Positions 22,180 through 31,204 of a stretch of DNA of 64,000 nucleotides are shown in pieces. The stretch covers positions 544,001 through 608,000 of the forward strand of contig CAVWUU010000004.1 in assembly GCA_963758295.1 (NCBI GenBank). Direction: 5' to 3'. The notes beneath the pieces were generated by a model. It had not been told where the DNA came from, searched no databases, and saw only the letters and a list, made by a program, of their open reading frames with translations. Every line of letters starts with the position of its first letter. Position 1 is the stretch's first letter. The position numbers and the translations under genes were made by a program. The stretch is from Candidatus Eremiobacteria bacterium (lineage in GTDB: Bacteria > Vulcanimicrobiota > Vulcanimicrobiia > Vulcanimicrobiales > Vulcanimicrobiaceae).

Positions 22180-23913
22180 GTGAGCAAACGAACCACGGCG
22201 CGCGCAGCGGTTGTTGCGTCGCTCAGCTTCTTGATGACGGCGTGTTCGGGGGGCGGCGGAGGGCAACTGCCGCCGAGTGGCAGCGGATCGGGCGGTCAAA
22301 CGGCCACGGTTCATTTCCATATTGCCGTCGCCGATCAAACCTCAAGCAGCGTTGCGGCCGCGCGAAAAAAGCCGCTCTACGTTTCGACGGCGACAAAATC
22401 GGCGGCGATCGCGGTGCGGCAAAGCGGCGCGCAGACGGTGACCGAGGCGGTATTGGAATGCACAAGCACCTGCGACGGCGACGTCCAAGCGCCGGTAGGC
22501 ACCGACGCCTTCACGATCACGCTGTTCGATCAAAGTAACGGCGCGGGAAATGCGCTTTCGACAGGTTCAACTACGGCGACCGTCGCGGCGAATCAAACTA
22601 ACACGGTGAGCGTCACGTTCAACGGCATTGTGTATAGCGTGGCTCTTTCGGCCGATCCGCTGGCGGCGGGAACCGCTGCTTCGGAACCGCTCACCGTTTT
22701 GGTTAAAGATCGCGACGGCAAGGCGATCGTCGGTGCGGGCACGTACGTGGACGCCGGTGGAAATCCGTTGACGCTTCGATTAAGCAGCACCGACACGACA
22801 AGCGGTGGCAGTGGAGCGATCACGCTCTCGACGGCCACGCTCCATTCGCCGGCCGACATTGTGACGCTGCACTATAACGGCGGCTCTATGTACAGCAGCA
22901 GCATCTCGGTAACCGCAACAGGCGCGGTTGCCGGTGGATTGCAAGGGACGACGTTGCCGGTAAATCCGGCGGTGGTGCAAACGACGCCGGTTGGCGCAAT
23001 CGCTACGAAATTGACGGTTGCCCGCGACGGCAGCATTTGGTATGCCGAGCACTACGGTGACCAAATTGGACACGTTACACTCGGCGGGTCATTTTCCGAG
23101 TACGTATTGCCGCTATTCCCCGACATGACGGCCGGTTCGACGCTCGATCCGGGCGAAATCGTAACGGGTTCGGACGGAAACGTCTGGTTCAATTTTGAGG
23201 CGTACTCGATCGGCACGCCAAACGATTCCGGTATTGGGAAGATTACCTCGGACGGAACGCTGACGCTCTATCGGGATCCCAACGCCGGCATGGTGTTTCC
23301 GATCGGCCTGACCCTCGGGAGCGACGGAAACGTGTGGTTCAGCGAAGCCAATCGCAACGCGGTCGGCTCGATGACGACGTCGGGCGTAACGACGGATTAC
23401 CCATTGCCGTCGTGCAACGGCTACGGATCGCCGACGCAGCTCACCACCGGACCCGACGGCAACGTTTGGATTTCGGACAACCGTTGCATCGTTAAGGTAA
23501 CGCCGAGCGGCGTCGCGACCGCGTATTCCATTCCGAGCGCTAGTTCCGGCTACTATGCCGATGCGATTACGACCGGGCCCGACGGCAACATCTGGTTCAC
23601 CGAAACGACGCAGAACGGTGGGCCCCCGTCGTCGAAAATCGCCGAAATAACGCCGAGCGGCACGATAACCGAGTACCCCGTTCCGGCGAACCATTGGGCG
23701 GTTGGGCTCTACCGCGGCGGTGACGGCAACCTTTGGTTTATCGATGGATACAGCGCGAGCCGCCTTGGAACGATGTCGAAAAACGGCACGGTAACGTTCT
23801 ACGTAATCGCGAGTGCACCGAACGGCATCAACGCAATGCTTCCTACCGCCGGCGGCGATTTCTACGTAACGATGCCCGGCTCTCCGGCCAGCGTCGGGCG
23901 GCTGGTGTACTGA
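22180..23913 (+). CDS. Lipoprotein with Ig-like N-terminal region and Vgb-like beta-propeller
   Basis: GTG start, lipobox MTAC-SGGGG, repeated (T/L)GxDGNxWF blades. Confidence 0.85.
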   Translation: MSKRTTARAAVVASLSFLMTACSGGGGGQLPPSGSGSGGQTATVHFHIAVADQTSSSVAAARKKPLYVSTATKSAAIAVRQSGAQTVTEAVLECTSTCDGDVQAPVGTDAFTITLFDQSNGAGNALSTGSTTATVAANQTNTVSVTFNGIVYSVALSADPLAAGTAASEPLTVLVKDRDGKAIVGAGTYVDAGGNPLTLRLSSTDTTSGGSGAITLSTATLHSPADIVTLHYNGGSMYSSSISVTATGAVAGGLQGTTLPVNPAVVQTTPVGAIATKLTVARDGSIWYAEHYGDQIGHVTLGGSFSEYVLPLFPDMTAGSTLDPGEIVTGSDGNVWFNFEAYSIGTPNDSGIGKITSDGTLTLYRDPNAGMVFPIGLTLGSDGNVWFSEANRNAVGSMTTSGVTTDYPLPSCNGYGSPTQLTTGPDGNVWISDNRCIVKVTPSGVATAYSIPSASSGYYADAITTGPDGNIWFTETTQNGGPPSSKIAEITPSGTITEYPVPANHWAVGLYRGGDGNLWFIDGYSASRLGTMSKNGTVTFYVIASAPNGINAMLPTAGGDFYVTMPGSPASVGRLVY

Positions 23914-24154
23914 ACGCCGGCCGCGTGATTCTTGAATCGACTCGCGGTGCCGCGCGCCAGCCGAGCCGTGAACTAGCGCGCGACGGTATTATTGTGCGTC
24001 GCGCTTGTGCCATGCGTCTGACGTTGCAATCGAGGTGTTGCTGCCGGACGGCTGGCAAGACAACTCGGTACGATGGCGGCGTGATAACCAAAACGCCCGC
24101 GGAAGAGCCGCGGCCTCTGCGACAACAGGGAGATGCCTGTCAACAGGACGATAC

Positions 24155-24424
24155 ATGGCTACGCCTCGACATCCGGTAGTCCATCACCCTCTAACGCTCA
24201 AAATTGAGTTCGATGCGATTTCCGCCTACGTGCGGTATTCGCATGCGGATGTAACGTATTCGCGCGACGCGTGGGATGACGGGCGCGTGTCTGCGGATTT
24301 CGATTCAAACGGAGCGATCGTCGGTATCGAAGTCGTGGGGTTGGACGCCGAGGTCATTCGAGAAGCGGCGGCCTTCGCGGCCCAGCACTGTCTTGGGTTT
24401 CCGGCGCAACTCCATGGTTCCTAA
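24155..24424 (+). CDS. DUF2283-like small protein
   Basis: AGGA RBS; AYVRY...VSADFDSNGAIVGIEV motif. Confidence 0.65.
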   Translation: MATPRHPVVHHPLTLKIEFDAISAYVRYSHADVTYSRDAWDDGRVSADFDSNGAIVGIEVVGLDAEVIREAAAFAAQHCLGFPAQLHGS

Positions 24425-24521
24425 GAACCAGCGCAGCCCGAGCCCGCATCGGGTACCATAGTCATACCGCGACGGCGCTTTAGCCGGCGCGGACGTTCTT
24501 ATACTCCAAGGAACTTTACGC

Positions 24522-25065
24522 ATGACGCGAGTGATCTTTTCTGCGGCCGCGCTGTTGGCATTTGTCTCGACGCCAATGTTGGGATTCGCCGGGCGGCACG
24601 GCGCTGAAAGTCGCGCTCGTCGATAAGGTTTCATCGGCGACCGCCAACGCCGGCGATACCTTTGCGGTGAAGGCGACAGACGATGTCTCGGTCGACGGCT
24701 GGGTCGTTATTCCGAAAGGCGCCGGCGGACAGGGAGAAGTCGTTTCAGTGGACCGCGCCGGATCCCACGGGCATCCGGGGTCGCTCGGCGTGCAGATGGA
24801 TTGGATCTTTGCCGCCGACGGCGAGAAAATTCACCTCACGAGCCAACGCAAAACGCAGGAAGGCGAAAGTAAAGCCGGCGCGTCTTCGACGATGACGATT
24901 ATCTCGTGGGCGTTCCTCGGTTTGCCCGGGTTGTTCGCGCACAACTTCGTTCACGGGCGCGATATCGAAATCGACAGCACGCATCCGCTCGATGCGTATA
25001 CGGCCGATACGGTGCACGTCGTTGCTTCAACGAAGAGCGGCGTCAACGACGGCTTCGCGCACTAG
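24522..25065 (+). CDS. Secreted hypothetical protein, frameshift after the signal peptide (near 24590)
   Basis: MTRVIFSAAALLAFVSTPMLGFA then PGGTALKVALVDKVSSATANAGDTF...VIPKGA in another frame. Confidence 0.65.
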
Positions 25066-25092
25066 CGCGGGGGCGCATCTTCGCGGCGGTAA

Positions 25093-25126
25093 GATGCGCC
25101 TGTGGTTCGACAAGCTCACCATGACG
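25093..25126. repeat. Single REP-like palindrome (TGGT/ACCA stem variant)
   Basis: GATGCGCCTGTGGTTCGACAAGCTCACCATGACG between convergent genes. Confidence 0.8.
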
Positions 25127-25158
25127 AGCATAGGAGGCGGCGCAGAGCGCTGCCTCTT

Positions 25159-26130
25159 CTATTTTGGAGAATAAGCCGAAGCAATTTGCGCGATCGTTTC
25201 GCGCGCACGGTCGACGGCTTCGTGCGGTGCGACGATCTTTGCGTCGCCCGCGAAGCCGAGGCTCCAGCGGACGACTTCATTGATGTCGCTGACTTGAAGC
25301 GTAATGGAGGCCGACCCGTCGGCGTGTTGAACGACGCGCTGGCCCTTCTGCCACACGCGCGACGTAGCGGATGACGCGATCTGTGGTGAGAGCCATACGT
25401 CGACGTCGATGCGTTTGCCCGAGCTGATCCAGCCGATGGCGTCTTCGGTTTCGTATTGCGACGGGATTTCGCGCGGCGCGAAGGTACCGACGCGAGAGAT
25501 CGTGCCGGTGATTTCGTCGAGGGCGAAGTAGCGCCAGCCTTCGTCTTTCGCATCGAGATCGCGGCCCAAGAGATAGTAGCGGCCCGAGCGTTGGATAACG
25601 GCATACGGTTCCACGCGGCGCTCGCCGCGCTTCTTGTATTTGAAGCGAACGCGAGCATTGGCGTCCCAGGCGGTTTCCAATGTCTTGCAGACGTCGGCGA
25701 CGCGCGTACCCTCGCGCAGCGTCGGCATGAGGAAACGCAAGAACCGGCGATCGGTGCGCCGCTCTTCTTCCTCCGGCGGCGCGAGTTGTTCTTCGACCGG
25801 TTTGCCGAGCGCGCGCGCGGCGGCGCGCATCAGGCCTTGCAAGGCGCGGGCGCTCTGATCAATCGATGCGGGGCGTGATTCGAAGTTCGTGAGTTTGATA
25901 ACATCGTGTTCGGCTTTCTCGCTCAGCCGAAAGCCGGCGCGCGCGCCGATCTTCCGCAACTCCTGGAAGTCGCGCAGCATGCTGCGTTCGGATGCGTCGT
26001 ATTCGGCACAAAGCGTGCTCAGGCGCACCGACCGGTGACGGATGAGCTCGAGGAGAATGCGGATTTTCCGTTCGGTCGCGGTGCTCGGTTCGCCGGATGG
26101 GCGCGGGTGGCCGTAACGCTTCGATGCCAT
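25159..26130 (-). CDS. WYL-domain transcriptional regulator (HTH-WYL-WCX)
   Basis: SERSMLRDFQEL HTH, RRVEPY...GRYYLLG...WRYFALDEI, and VRWSLGFAGDAKIVAP. Confidence 0.9.
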   Translation of the reverse strand: MASKRYGHPRPSGEPSTATERKIRILLELIRHRSVRLSTLCAEYDASERSMLRDFQELRKIGARAGFRLSEKAEHDVIKLTNFESRPASIDQSARALQGLMRAAARALGKPVEEQLAPPEEEERRTDRRFLRFLMPTLREGTRVADVCKTLETAWDANARVRFKYKKRGERRVEPYAVIQRSGRYYLLGRDLDAKDEGWRYFALDEITGTISRVGTFAPREIPSQYETEDAIGWISSGKRIDVDVWLSPQIASSATSRVWQKGQRVVQHADGSASITLQVSDINEVVRWSLGFAGDAKIVAPHEAVDRARETIAQIASAYSPK

Positions 26131-26206
26131 TGCGCGAGTATTTCGTCGCGTTTCCAGCTTTTTCCATCGCCACACGTCCGACGCAACACAATGCTAGTAT
26201 TGATGC

Positions 26207-26404
26207 ATGTTTGCGGTAATCGTGATTTTTCTTGCGCTGGGCTTTGTAGTTCTTTCGGCTCAGTCGGGCGGCGGAGGTACGAAATCAGCGCTGCGCCGGC
26301 GTCGATCTTCCGACGACGCGGTGGTTGGCTTCATCATCGGACAGCAGGTGGCGAACCATCGGCACCATCATCACCATGGCGGGCATCATCACGGGCATCA
26401 TTAG
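26207..26404 (+). CDS. Small membrane protein with a His-rich C-terminus
   Basis: N-terminal TM helix; ends NHRHHHHHGGHHHGHH; fills the gap between flanking genes. Confidence 0.5.
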   Translation: MFAVIVIFLALGFVVLSAQSGGGGTKSALRRRRSSDDAVVGFIIGQQVANHRHHHHHGGHHHGHH

Positions 26405-26435
26405 TTCTCGCCGGCGAGGTCTCCAACGATAATGG

Positions 26436-26460
26436 GTCCTTCAACAAGCTCAGGATGACG
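26436..26460. repeat. Single REP-like palindrome overlapping the stop codon of the thioredoxin-like gene
   Basis: GTCCTTCAACAAGCTCAGGATGACG. Confidence 0.7.
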
Positions 26461-27046
26461 GGTCGGGGAGGTCCTTAAAAGACTGCTTGACGCGGTATTC
26501 GCTGGAAGGATAGCGCGAGCGAAGATTGGCCCACTGGGTCAAGAGTTCGTCGCTATCGGGATCCCGGCGATAGCGTGTTACGCCCAGATAGTACTGCGCT
26601 TCCGGTGCCGCGTAGCTCGTGGAGAAGCGGCGCAGTACATCCAGATAGCACGCCTCCGCCTTCTCGAACCGCTTCAGGCGCAGATATCCCAGGCCGAACG
26701 CGGTGAGCAAACGCGCGACGTATTCCGCCGGCGGTAAAAATCCATCCCAACGATACAATTCATATCCATCGCTGCTCAAAATCCTAACGTCCGGCGTCCA
26801 GATGTGATGGATGCTATGCAAAAAATGATTGTTCTTTGCGTCGGAGTTGTCGATCTGTACGGGGATAGCGTGCGAGGCGATCGCTTCTTGCACGAATTTT
26901 TGTGGATACGTCACGGCATCCAGCGCTTGGCATCCCCCTCAACCAGGGTTGAACACATCCAATAAAACGAATTTGTGTTCGTCCCGCGCATGTTCGAGCG
27001 CCGGCTCGTAGTCGAGCTGCCAAAACGGCAATACTTCGGTGGCCAT
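26450..27046 (-). CDS. Thioredoxin-like + TPR-like protein with in-frame UGA in a UxxC motif (probable selenoprotein, 198 aa)
   Basis: MATEVLPFWQLDYEPALEHARDEHKFVLLDVFNPG-TGA(26939-26941)-GGCQALDAVTYP... stays in frame into the 26450..26914 ORF, which has WTP (cis-Pro), GFLPP and helical repeats. Confidence 0.85.
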
Positions 27047-27052
27047 TCGTAC

Positions 27053-27436
27053 CTACTTCTTCTTATGCTTGGCGCGCGTTGCGGCGGCTTTTTTTGCTGC
27101 CTTCTTCGCGACGCCGGTGCGTTTGCGGGTCGCTGCGCCTTTGCGCGCGCTTTCCTTGCGATGCTTTTGAGGGTGTACGCCGAGATCGGACGCCGACTTC
27201 TCCGAGAGATCGACGTCGTAGTACTCGGCGGCTTTCTTTATGTTTGCGAACGCCATTTGACGCTCGGCACTCGAAACATCGATGACCTGATCGAATCGCG
27301 CGACGGCGTTGCGCACGTGCTTCGCGTCGGTCAGCGGCTCCTTGCGCTCTTTGGGGAACGCGAAGACGCTATCGGGCAAATCGCTCTGGCGCGTGAGCCG
27401 GCCGTGTTTTTCGTGCGGTTTCCACGTTGCTCTCAT
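27053..27436 (-). CDS. DUF6582-like hypothetical protein with Lys/Ala-rich tail
   Basis: LPDSVFAFPKERKEPLTDAKHVRNAVARFDQV. Confidence 0.75.
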   Translation of the reverse strand: MRATWKPHEKHGRLTRQSDLPDSVFAFPKERKEPLTDAKHVRNAVARFDQVIDVSSAERQMAFANIKKAAEYYDVDLSEKSASDLGVHPQKHRKESARKGAATRKRTGVAKKAAKKAAATRAKHKKK

Positions 27437-27471
27437 GCAGTATTCATACCCATGTCAGGAGTCAGGCTCGT

Positions 27472-27735
27472 TTAGCTGCGCTTGTTCACGGTGGCGTACG
27501 CGATGCGCTTCGCTTCCGCTTCCGATTTGCCGCGGTCTTCTTCCGACTCCATGATGTGTTCGGCTTGGCGCTTTTCTTTGGCGGTGTAGCGGTGTGCGTC
27601 CGGATTTTGCTTGTTGACGGTGGCGTAACCGATACCTTCGGCCTCATCCGGTGAGATGCCGCGCGCTTCCTCGCTTTCGGCGATGTGCTCGACCTGCCGG
27701 TGTTCTTTTGCGGTGTATCGATGTTTTTTCGGCAT
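27472..27735 (-). CDS. Small stress-type protein made of two tandem ~43-aa repeats
   Basis: HRYTAKExRQxEHIxESEExRGxSxxEAxxIxYATVNK occurs twice. Confidence 0.75.
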   Translation of the reverse strand: MPKKHRYTAKEHRQVEHIAESEEARGISPDEAEGIGYATVNKQNPDAHRYTAKEKRQAEHIMESEEDRGKSEAEAKRIAYATVNKRS

Positions 27736-27763
27736 GGTGCTGTTTTTCCCAAAGTTATGGTGT

Positions 27764-27797
27764 GATGCGCCTGCCCTTCGACAAGCTCAGGGTGACG
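27764..27797. repeat. Single REP-like palindrome (CCCT/AGGG stem variant)
   Basis: GATGCGCCTGCCCTTCGACAAGCTCAGGGTGACG. Confidence 0.8.
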
Positions 27798-27851
27798 AAT
27801 GAATGGCGCGATGCGCGAATTAAGGGAAACAATAAGAGCCGGAAGACGCGG

Positions 27852-27930
27852 CCAATGCCCGACGGAGGCGGCAATTGCGAAGGCGTCTGCTCGAACGTCT
27901 CCGTCGCCTATCACATGCGCTGGAAGAACG
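27852..27930 (+). pseudogene. 79-bp orphan remnant of a paralog of the 44573..46630 gene
   Basis: Encodes PMPDGGGNCEGVCSNVSVAYHMRWKN versus PVPNGGGNCEGVCSNISVAYHMRWKN at 46451-46529. Confidence 0.8.
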
Positions 27931-27976
27931 CTTCTCTTTGGCAAGGTCGCGAAATGCGCTTCTTGAACGGCTTCCC

Positions 27977-28910
27977 ATGCGTTTGACGCTGCGGCTCTTC
28001 GCGATCCGAGTGCTTCCGGCTGTTTTGTGCGTTCTGCTAGCACAATCGACCGCAACGGCGGCGCAGCCAGCGAGCGCAGTTTCGTTTCCGTTTAAGTATC
28101 TGAACCATGAGGTCGTCGTTGACGTCCGCGTCGGCAGCTCGGGGCCGTACCACTTTTTGCTCGACACCGACACATCGCCGTCGGGAATCGATCTGGCGCT
28201 GGCGCGCAGGTTGCGGCTGCCATTGAGCCGGCCCGCGGGGAACGGCTCCGGCATTGGCAGCGGGACGCTGACGGCGATTCCGCTGGTAATTCCACGCATG
28301 AGCGTCGGCGGGTTGCCGGTGACGAACCTTGACGCACTCGCGTTCGATCTCTCCAAACTAAGCGCGCAGTTTGGCGGCCGCATCGCCGGCGTGCTGGGTA
28401 CGAGCTTTTTCAATCATCGCGTCGTGCAGATCGACTACCCGTGCCGGCGGGTTTCCATTTTGCCGGATGCGTTGCTTCAACCGTACACTGCGCGCTTTTT
28501 CAGTGATGAGAACGGGATCGGCACCGGGGAAGACCTCTCGAGCGACGTTTGCGTAAACGGGCGCCGAATCGTTGCGACGTTCGATACCGGTGATTCGGGC
28601 GAGTCGTTCGTGACGGCCTAAGGGCATTGGGGATTTGCATCTAGAGGCGCAGGTGCGAGCCGGAAAAGTTTCGCTTGCGCACGGCTTCTCGGGCGCGGCA
28701 ATGGAACGGCACGGCAGATTGGACCACGTAAGCATTGGGCCGTATTCGTTTGCGAGGATTGGCACGCGGTTCATTCCCTCAGCAGACGATCCGTTCGACG
28801 TGAACTTCGGAAACAAGACGCTTCAGCATTTCGTCGCAACCTTCGACTACCAGCGCGGCCTGCTCACTCTTGAGAAGCCGCGCGCCTGTACTTCTCCACC
28901 GCCGCCATAG
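27977..28910 (+). CDS. Secreted two-domain retropepsin-like aspartyl protease, 1-nt frameshift near 28619
   Basis: FLLDTD and ATFDTG catalytic-type motifs, GVLG and NFGN flap motifs. Removing one base gives ...VTAKGIGDLHLE... and joins the two ORFs. Confidence 0.75.
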
Positions 28911-28937
28911 CGGACCGCGGCGGGAATAAGCCGCAGC

Positions 28938-29549
28938 ATGAGGCTGGATGCAGGTACCGAGCCGATGCTTCTTACCGACGGAGCACCGAGCGCGATTCCG
29001 GTAAGCGATGAGTGGATCTATGAAGTGAAGTTCGACGGCTTTCGCGTGTTGATGTGCCGCAGTGACGGCGACTCGCGCTTAGTGAGCCGTAAAGGCTTTA
29101 ACTTTACTCGGCACTTTCCGTCGCTGGCCCAGGCCGCGCGAACGTTGGCCGATTGGGATACGATTCTCGACGGTGAAGTGATCGCGCACGACGGCACGAT
29201 CGCGTCATTCAACGAACTGCGGCGTTGGCATGGATATAAGCACGCGCAAGATGCCCACGTGACCTTCATCGCCTTCGACATCTTACGCGCCGGAGGAGCG
29301 ATGCTTGTCGATTTGCCGCTGCGCGAACGTCGCGCTGAACTCGAACGCGTTGCGAGCGGCGTTCCGGAGATCGTCATCAGCCATTGGTTCTCCGATGGGC
29401 GCACGCTGTATGAAGAGGCCGTGGACCGCGGCTACGAGGGCGTGATTGGCAAGAGGCTCGACTCGAAATACGAACCCGGGCGGCGATCGCGGAACTGGGT
29501 GAAGTACAAGAGTGCCGATGCGAAGGCGATGGTTCGCGAGCGGTTTTAG
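28938..29549 (+). CDS. ATP-dependent DNA ligase adenylation domain (LigD/LigC-like, no OB domain)
   Basis: EVKFDGFR, ILDGEV, FIAFDIL, EGVIGKR..SKYEPGRRSRNWVKYK. Confidence 0.85.
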   Translation: MRLDAGTEPMLLTDGAPSAIPVSDEWIYEVKFDGFRVLMCRSDGDSRLVSRKGFNFTRHFPSLAQAARTLADWDTILDGEVIAHDGTIASFNELRRWHGYKHAQDAHVTFIAFDILRAGGAMLVDLPLRERRAELERVASGVPEIVISHWFSDGRTLYEEAVDRGYEGVIGKRLDSKYEPGRRSRNWVKYKSADAKAMVRERF

Positions 29550-29609
29550 TTCTACACCGGCTCTGGCGGCGGTGAGATGCGCATGTCCTTCGACGGGCTC
29601 AGGATGACG
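29498..29609 (+). repeat. Direct repeat copy 1 (ligase 3' end + REP)
   Basis: Aligns by eye with 32972..33082. Confidence 0.85.
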
Positions 29610-29639
29610 AGGGTTCGGTGACGCTGTGGGCGGTGGTGA

Positions 29640-29673
29640 GATGCGCGCGTCGTTCGACACGCTCAGGATGACG
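29640..29673. repeat. Degenerate REP-like palindrome
   Basis: GATGCGCGCGTCGTTCGACACGCTCAGGATGACG. Confidence 0.7.
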
Positions 29674-29680
29674 AGCAGAC

Positions 29681-31093
29681 TTACCGAACCGGAATCGCGT
29701 GCATCGTTCGGCCGTTTTGCATAACGGTTAGGCCGATGGCGTTACCTGCTCCGTCAAGATGGAAGGTCAGCTGCACGTTCAACTGATCCAAAGAGTAACG
29801 GTTACGGCTAAGGGGCTTTAGCTTTGCGGGTGTTGCCGTCGAGACCCAAATGTACAAATCACCCCGGTATTTGAAGATATCGATGGTTGGCCGACCCTTC
29901 GTTATCACGTAGGTACCGCTTAGCGGAGACGGATCTTTTTTCACGAGCGCCCACAGAATCGGCATTCTTGCCGTGGAAGGCGATACGGCGTGTGAAATGA
30001 CTTGCTGAAAGTCGTCGTCGTTCACGTTCGTCATCGCAACGATGCCCCAACCTCCGTTGCGATCCATTGCGATGAACGATGAGTAGCCGTCGGTATTTCC
30101 ACCCTTTTCAACAGAACCCGACGGGAGATCTCCAAGGTCATCCGGCACGCGGTGTGTCGGCGCCAGTACCGTTTGCCATGCCAGTCCCATCGTCATGTTC
30201 CATTCCGGAACCGGCGTACGCGGCTGCTGAGCGAAAGCGAAAGCACGGCCCAACGCGCCGTAAGGCGCATCAAGGTTCGCCTTCAGGAAGACCAGCATAT
30301 CTTTCAGGTCGCTTTCCATCGAACCGGCTGGGGCGCCGCCGGGCCCTATTGACTCCGCGTGGGCCGGAGCGCCACCGTATTGGAAAGAGGGCGGCATCCG
30401 TTTTTTCGTTGTGGCGGAGCCGGTTACCACGGTGTCGTCCATCTGAAGCGGGCGAAGTATCCGCCCCTCAATGAGATCGTCAAACAAAGCGCCGGCCTTC
30501 CGCTCAAGTATCTCACCTAATACCGCATAGCCGAAATTCGAGTAGTCCCATTTCGAGCCGGGCAACCGGTTCAGCGTCGTGTTAGACAAGGCGTAATTGA
30601 GTAACGCGATCGAGTAGGTGCTCTCGTTAGCGTCAGACATATTTGGTGGATTGCCGGGCAACGCAGACGTATGATTCGCAAGATCCAGCACTGTGATGGG
30701 ATGTCCGCGGTACACCGGTGCTCTTACGCTGGGTGAAAGATATTGCTGGATCGGATCGTTCAGCCGTACTTCTCCCGCGTTCACCATTTGAGCCAGCACC
30801 GTCGCCGTGAACAGTTTGGTAATGGAGCCGATTTGAAACGGGGTTCGGTCGTCCAATGCCTCATGTGCCCCAGAACCTCGCACCATATACGTTGTCTCGC
30901 GGCCATCCCTGACCAATCCGAAGGCGACCACTGCGTAGGGATGAGCGCGCACGTAGGTTTCAAGCGTCTTGCGAATGACGAGTCCTGAGGGTCCGTCAGT
31001 GCTAGAAGCACGGCTCATGACCGGAACGATAAGCGCCTCAGCGGCACCTGCAATAAACAACAGCGCCAGAGCGATTTTCGATGGTTTCCACAT
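29681..31093 (-). CDS. Serine hydrolase, beta-lactamase class C/AmpC-like family, with C-terminal extra domain
   Basis: FQIGSITK (SxxK), LANHTS, YSNFGY (YxN), KGGNTDGY; signal peptide. Confidence 0.9.
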   Translation of the reverse strand: MWKPSKIALALLFIAGAAEALIVPVMSRASSTDGPSGLVIRKTLETYVRAHPYAVVAFGLVRDGRETTYMVRGSGAHEALDDRTPFQIGSITKLFTATVLAQMVNAGEVRLNDPIQQYLSPSVRAPVYRGHPITVLDLANHTSALPGNPPNMSDANESTYSIALLNYALSNTTLNRLPGSKWDYSNFGYAVLGEILERKAGALFDDLIEGRILRPLQMDDTVVTGSATTKKRMPPSFQYGGAPAHAESIGPGGAPAGSMESDLKDMLVFLKANLDAPYGALGRAFAFAQQPRTPVPEWNMTMGLAWQTVLAPTHRVPDDLGDLPSGSVEKGGNTDGYSSFIAMDRNGGWGIVAMTNVNDDDFQQVISHAVSPSTARMPILWALVKKDPSPLSGTYVITKGRPTIDIFKYRGDLYIWVSTATPAKLKPLSRNRYSLDQLNVQLTFHLDGAGNAIGLTVMQNGRTMHAIPVR

Positions 31094-31127
31094 GGAGCGA
31101 TCGTACTTTAAAGCGCAAGCAAAAGAA

Positions 31128-31157
31128 CCTGAACAAGGTCATATGACGTTGTTCAGG
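31128..31157. promoter_or_regulatory. 30-bp near-perfect palindrome, putative response-regulator site
   Basis: CCTGAACAAGGTCATATGACGTTGTTCAGG in the divergent gap between the hydrolase and the two-component system. Confidence 0.65.
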
Positions 31158-31204
31158 AGGTTCAAAGCAAACGTCTACCGGATGAAACCGTTGTGTTAGA
31201 ACGT

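Noticed and set aside
21821..23913. Virginiamycin B lyase resistance genes
   Set aside because: These are lipoproteins with Vgb-like propeller repeats only; the shared fold does not imply the activity.
27852..27930. Diversity-generating retroelement TR/VR pair with 46451-46529
   Set aside because: Differences are not adenine-specific and are mostly synonymous, and there is no reverse transcriptase in the window.
28600..28640. Stop-codon readthrough in the aspartyl protease
   Set aside because: The continuation is in a different frame; it is a 1-nt insertion, not an in-frame stop.
29681..31093. Bona fide antibiotic-resistance beta-lactamase
   Set aside because: SxxK and YxN are shared by many esterases and peptidases, so the substrate cannot be read from the sequence.
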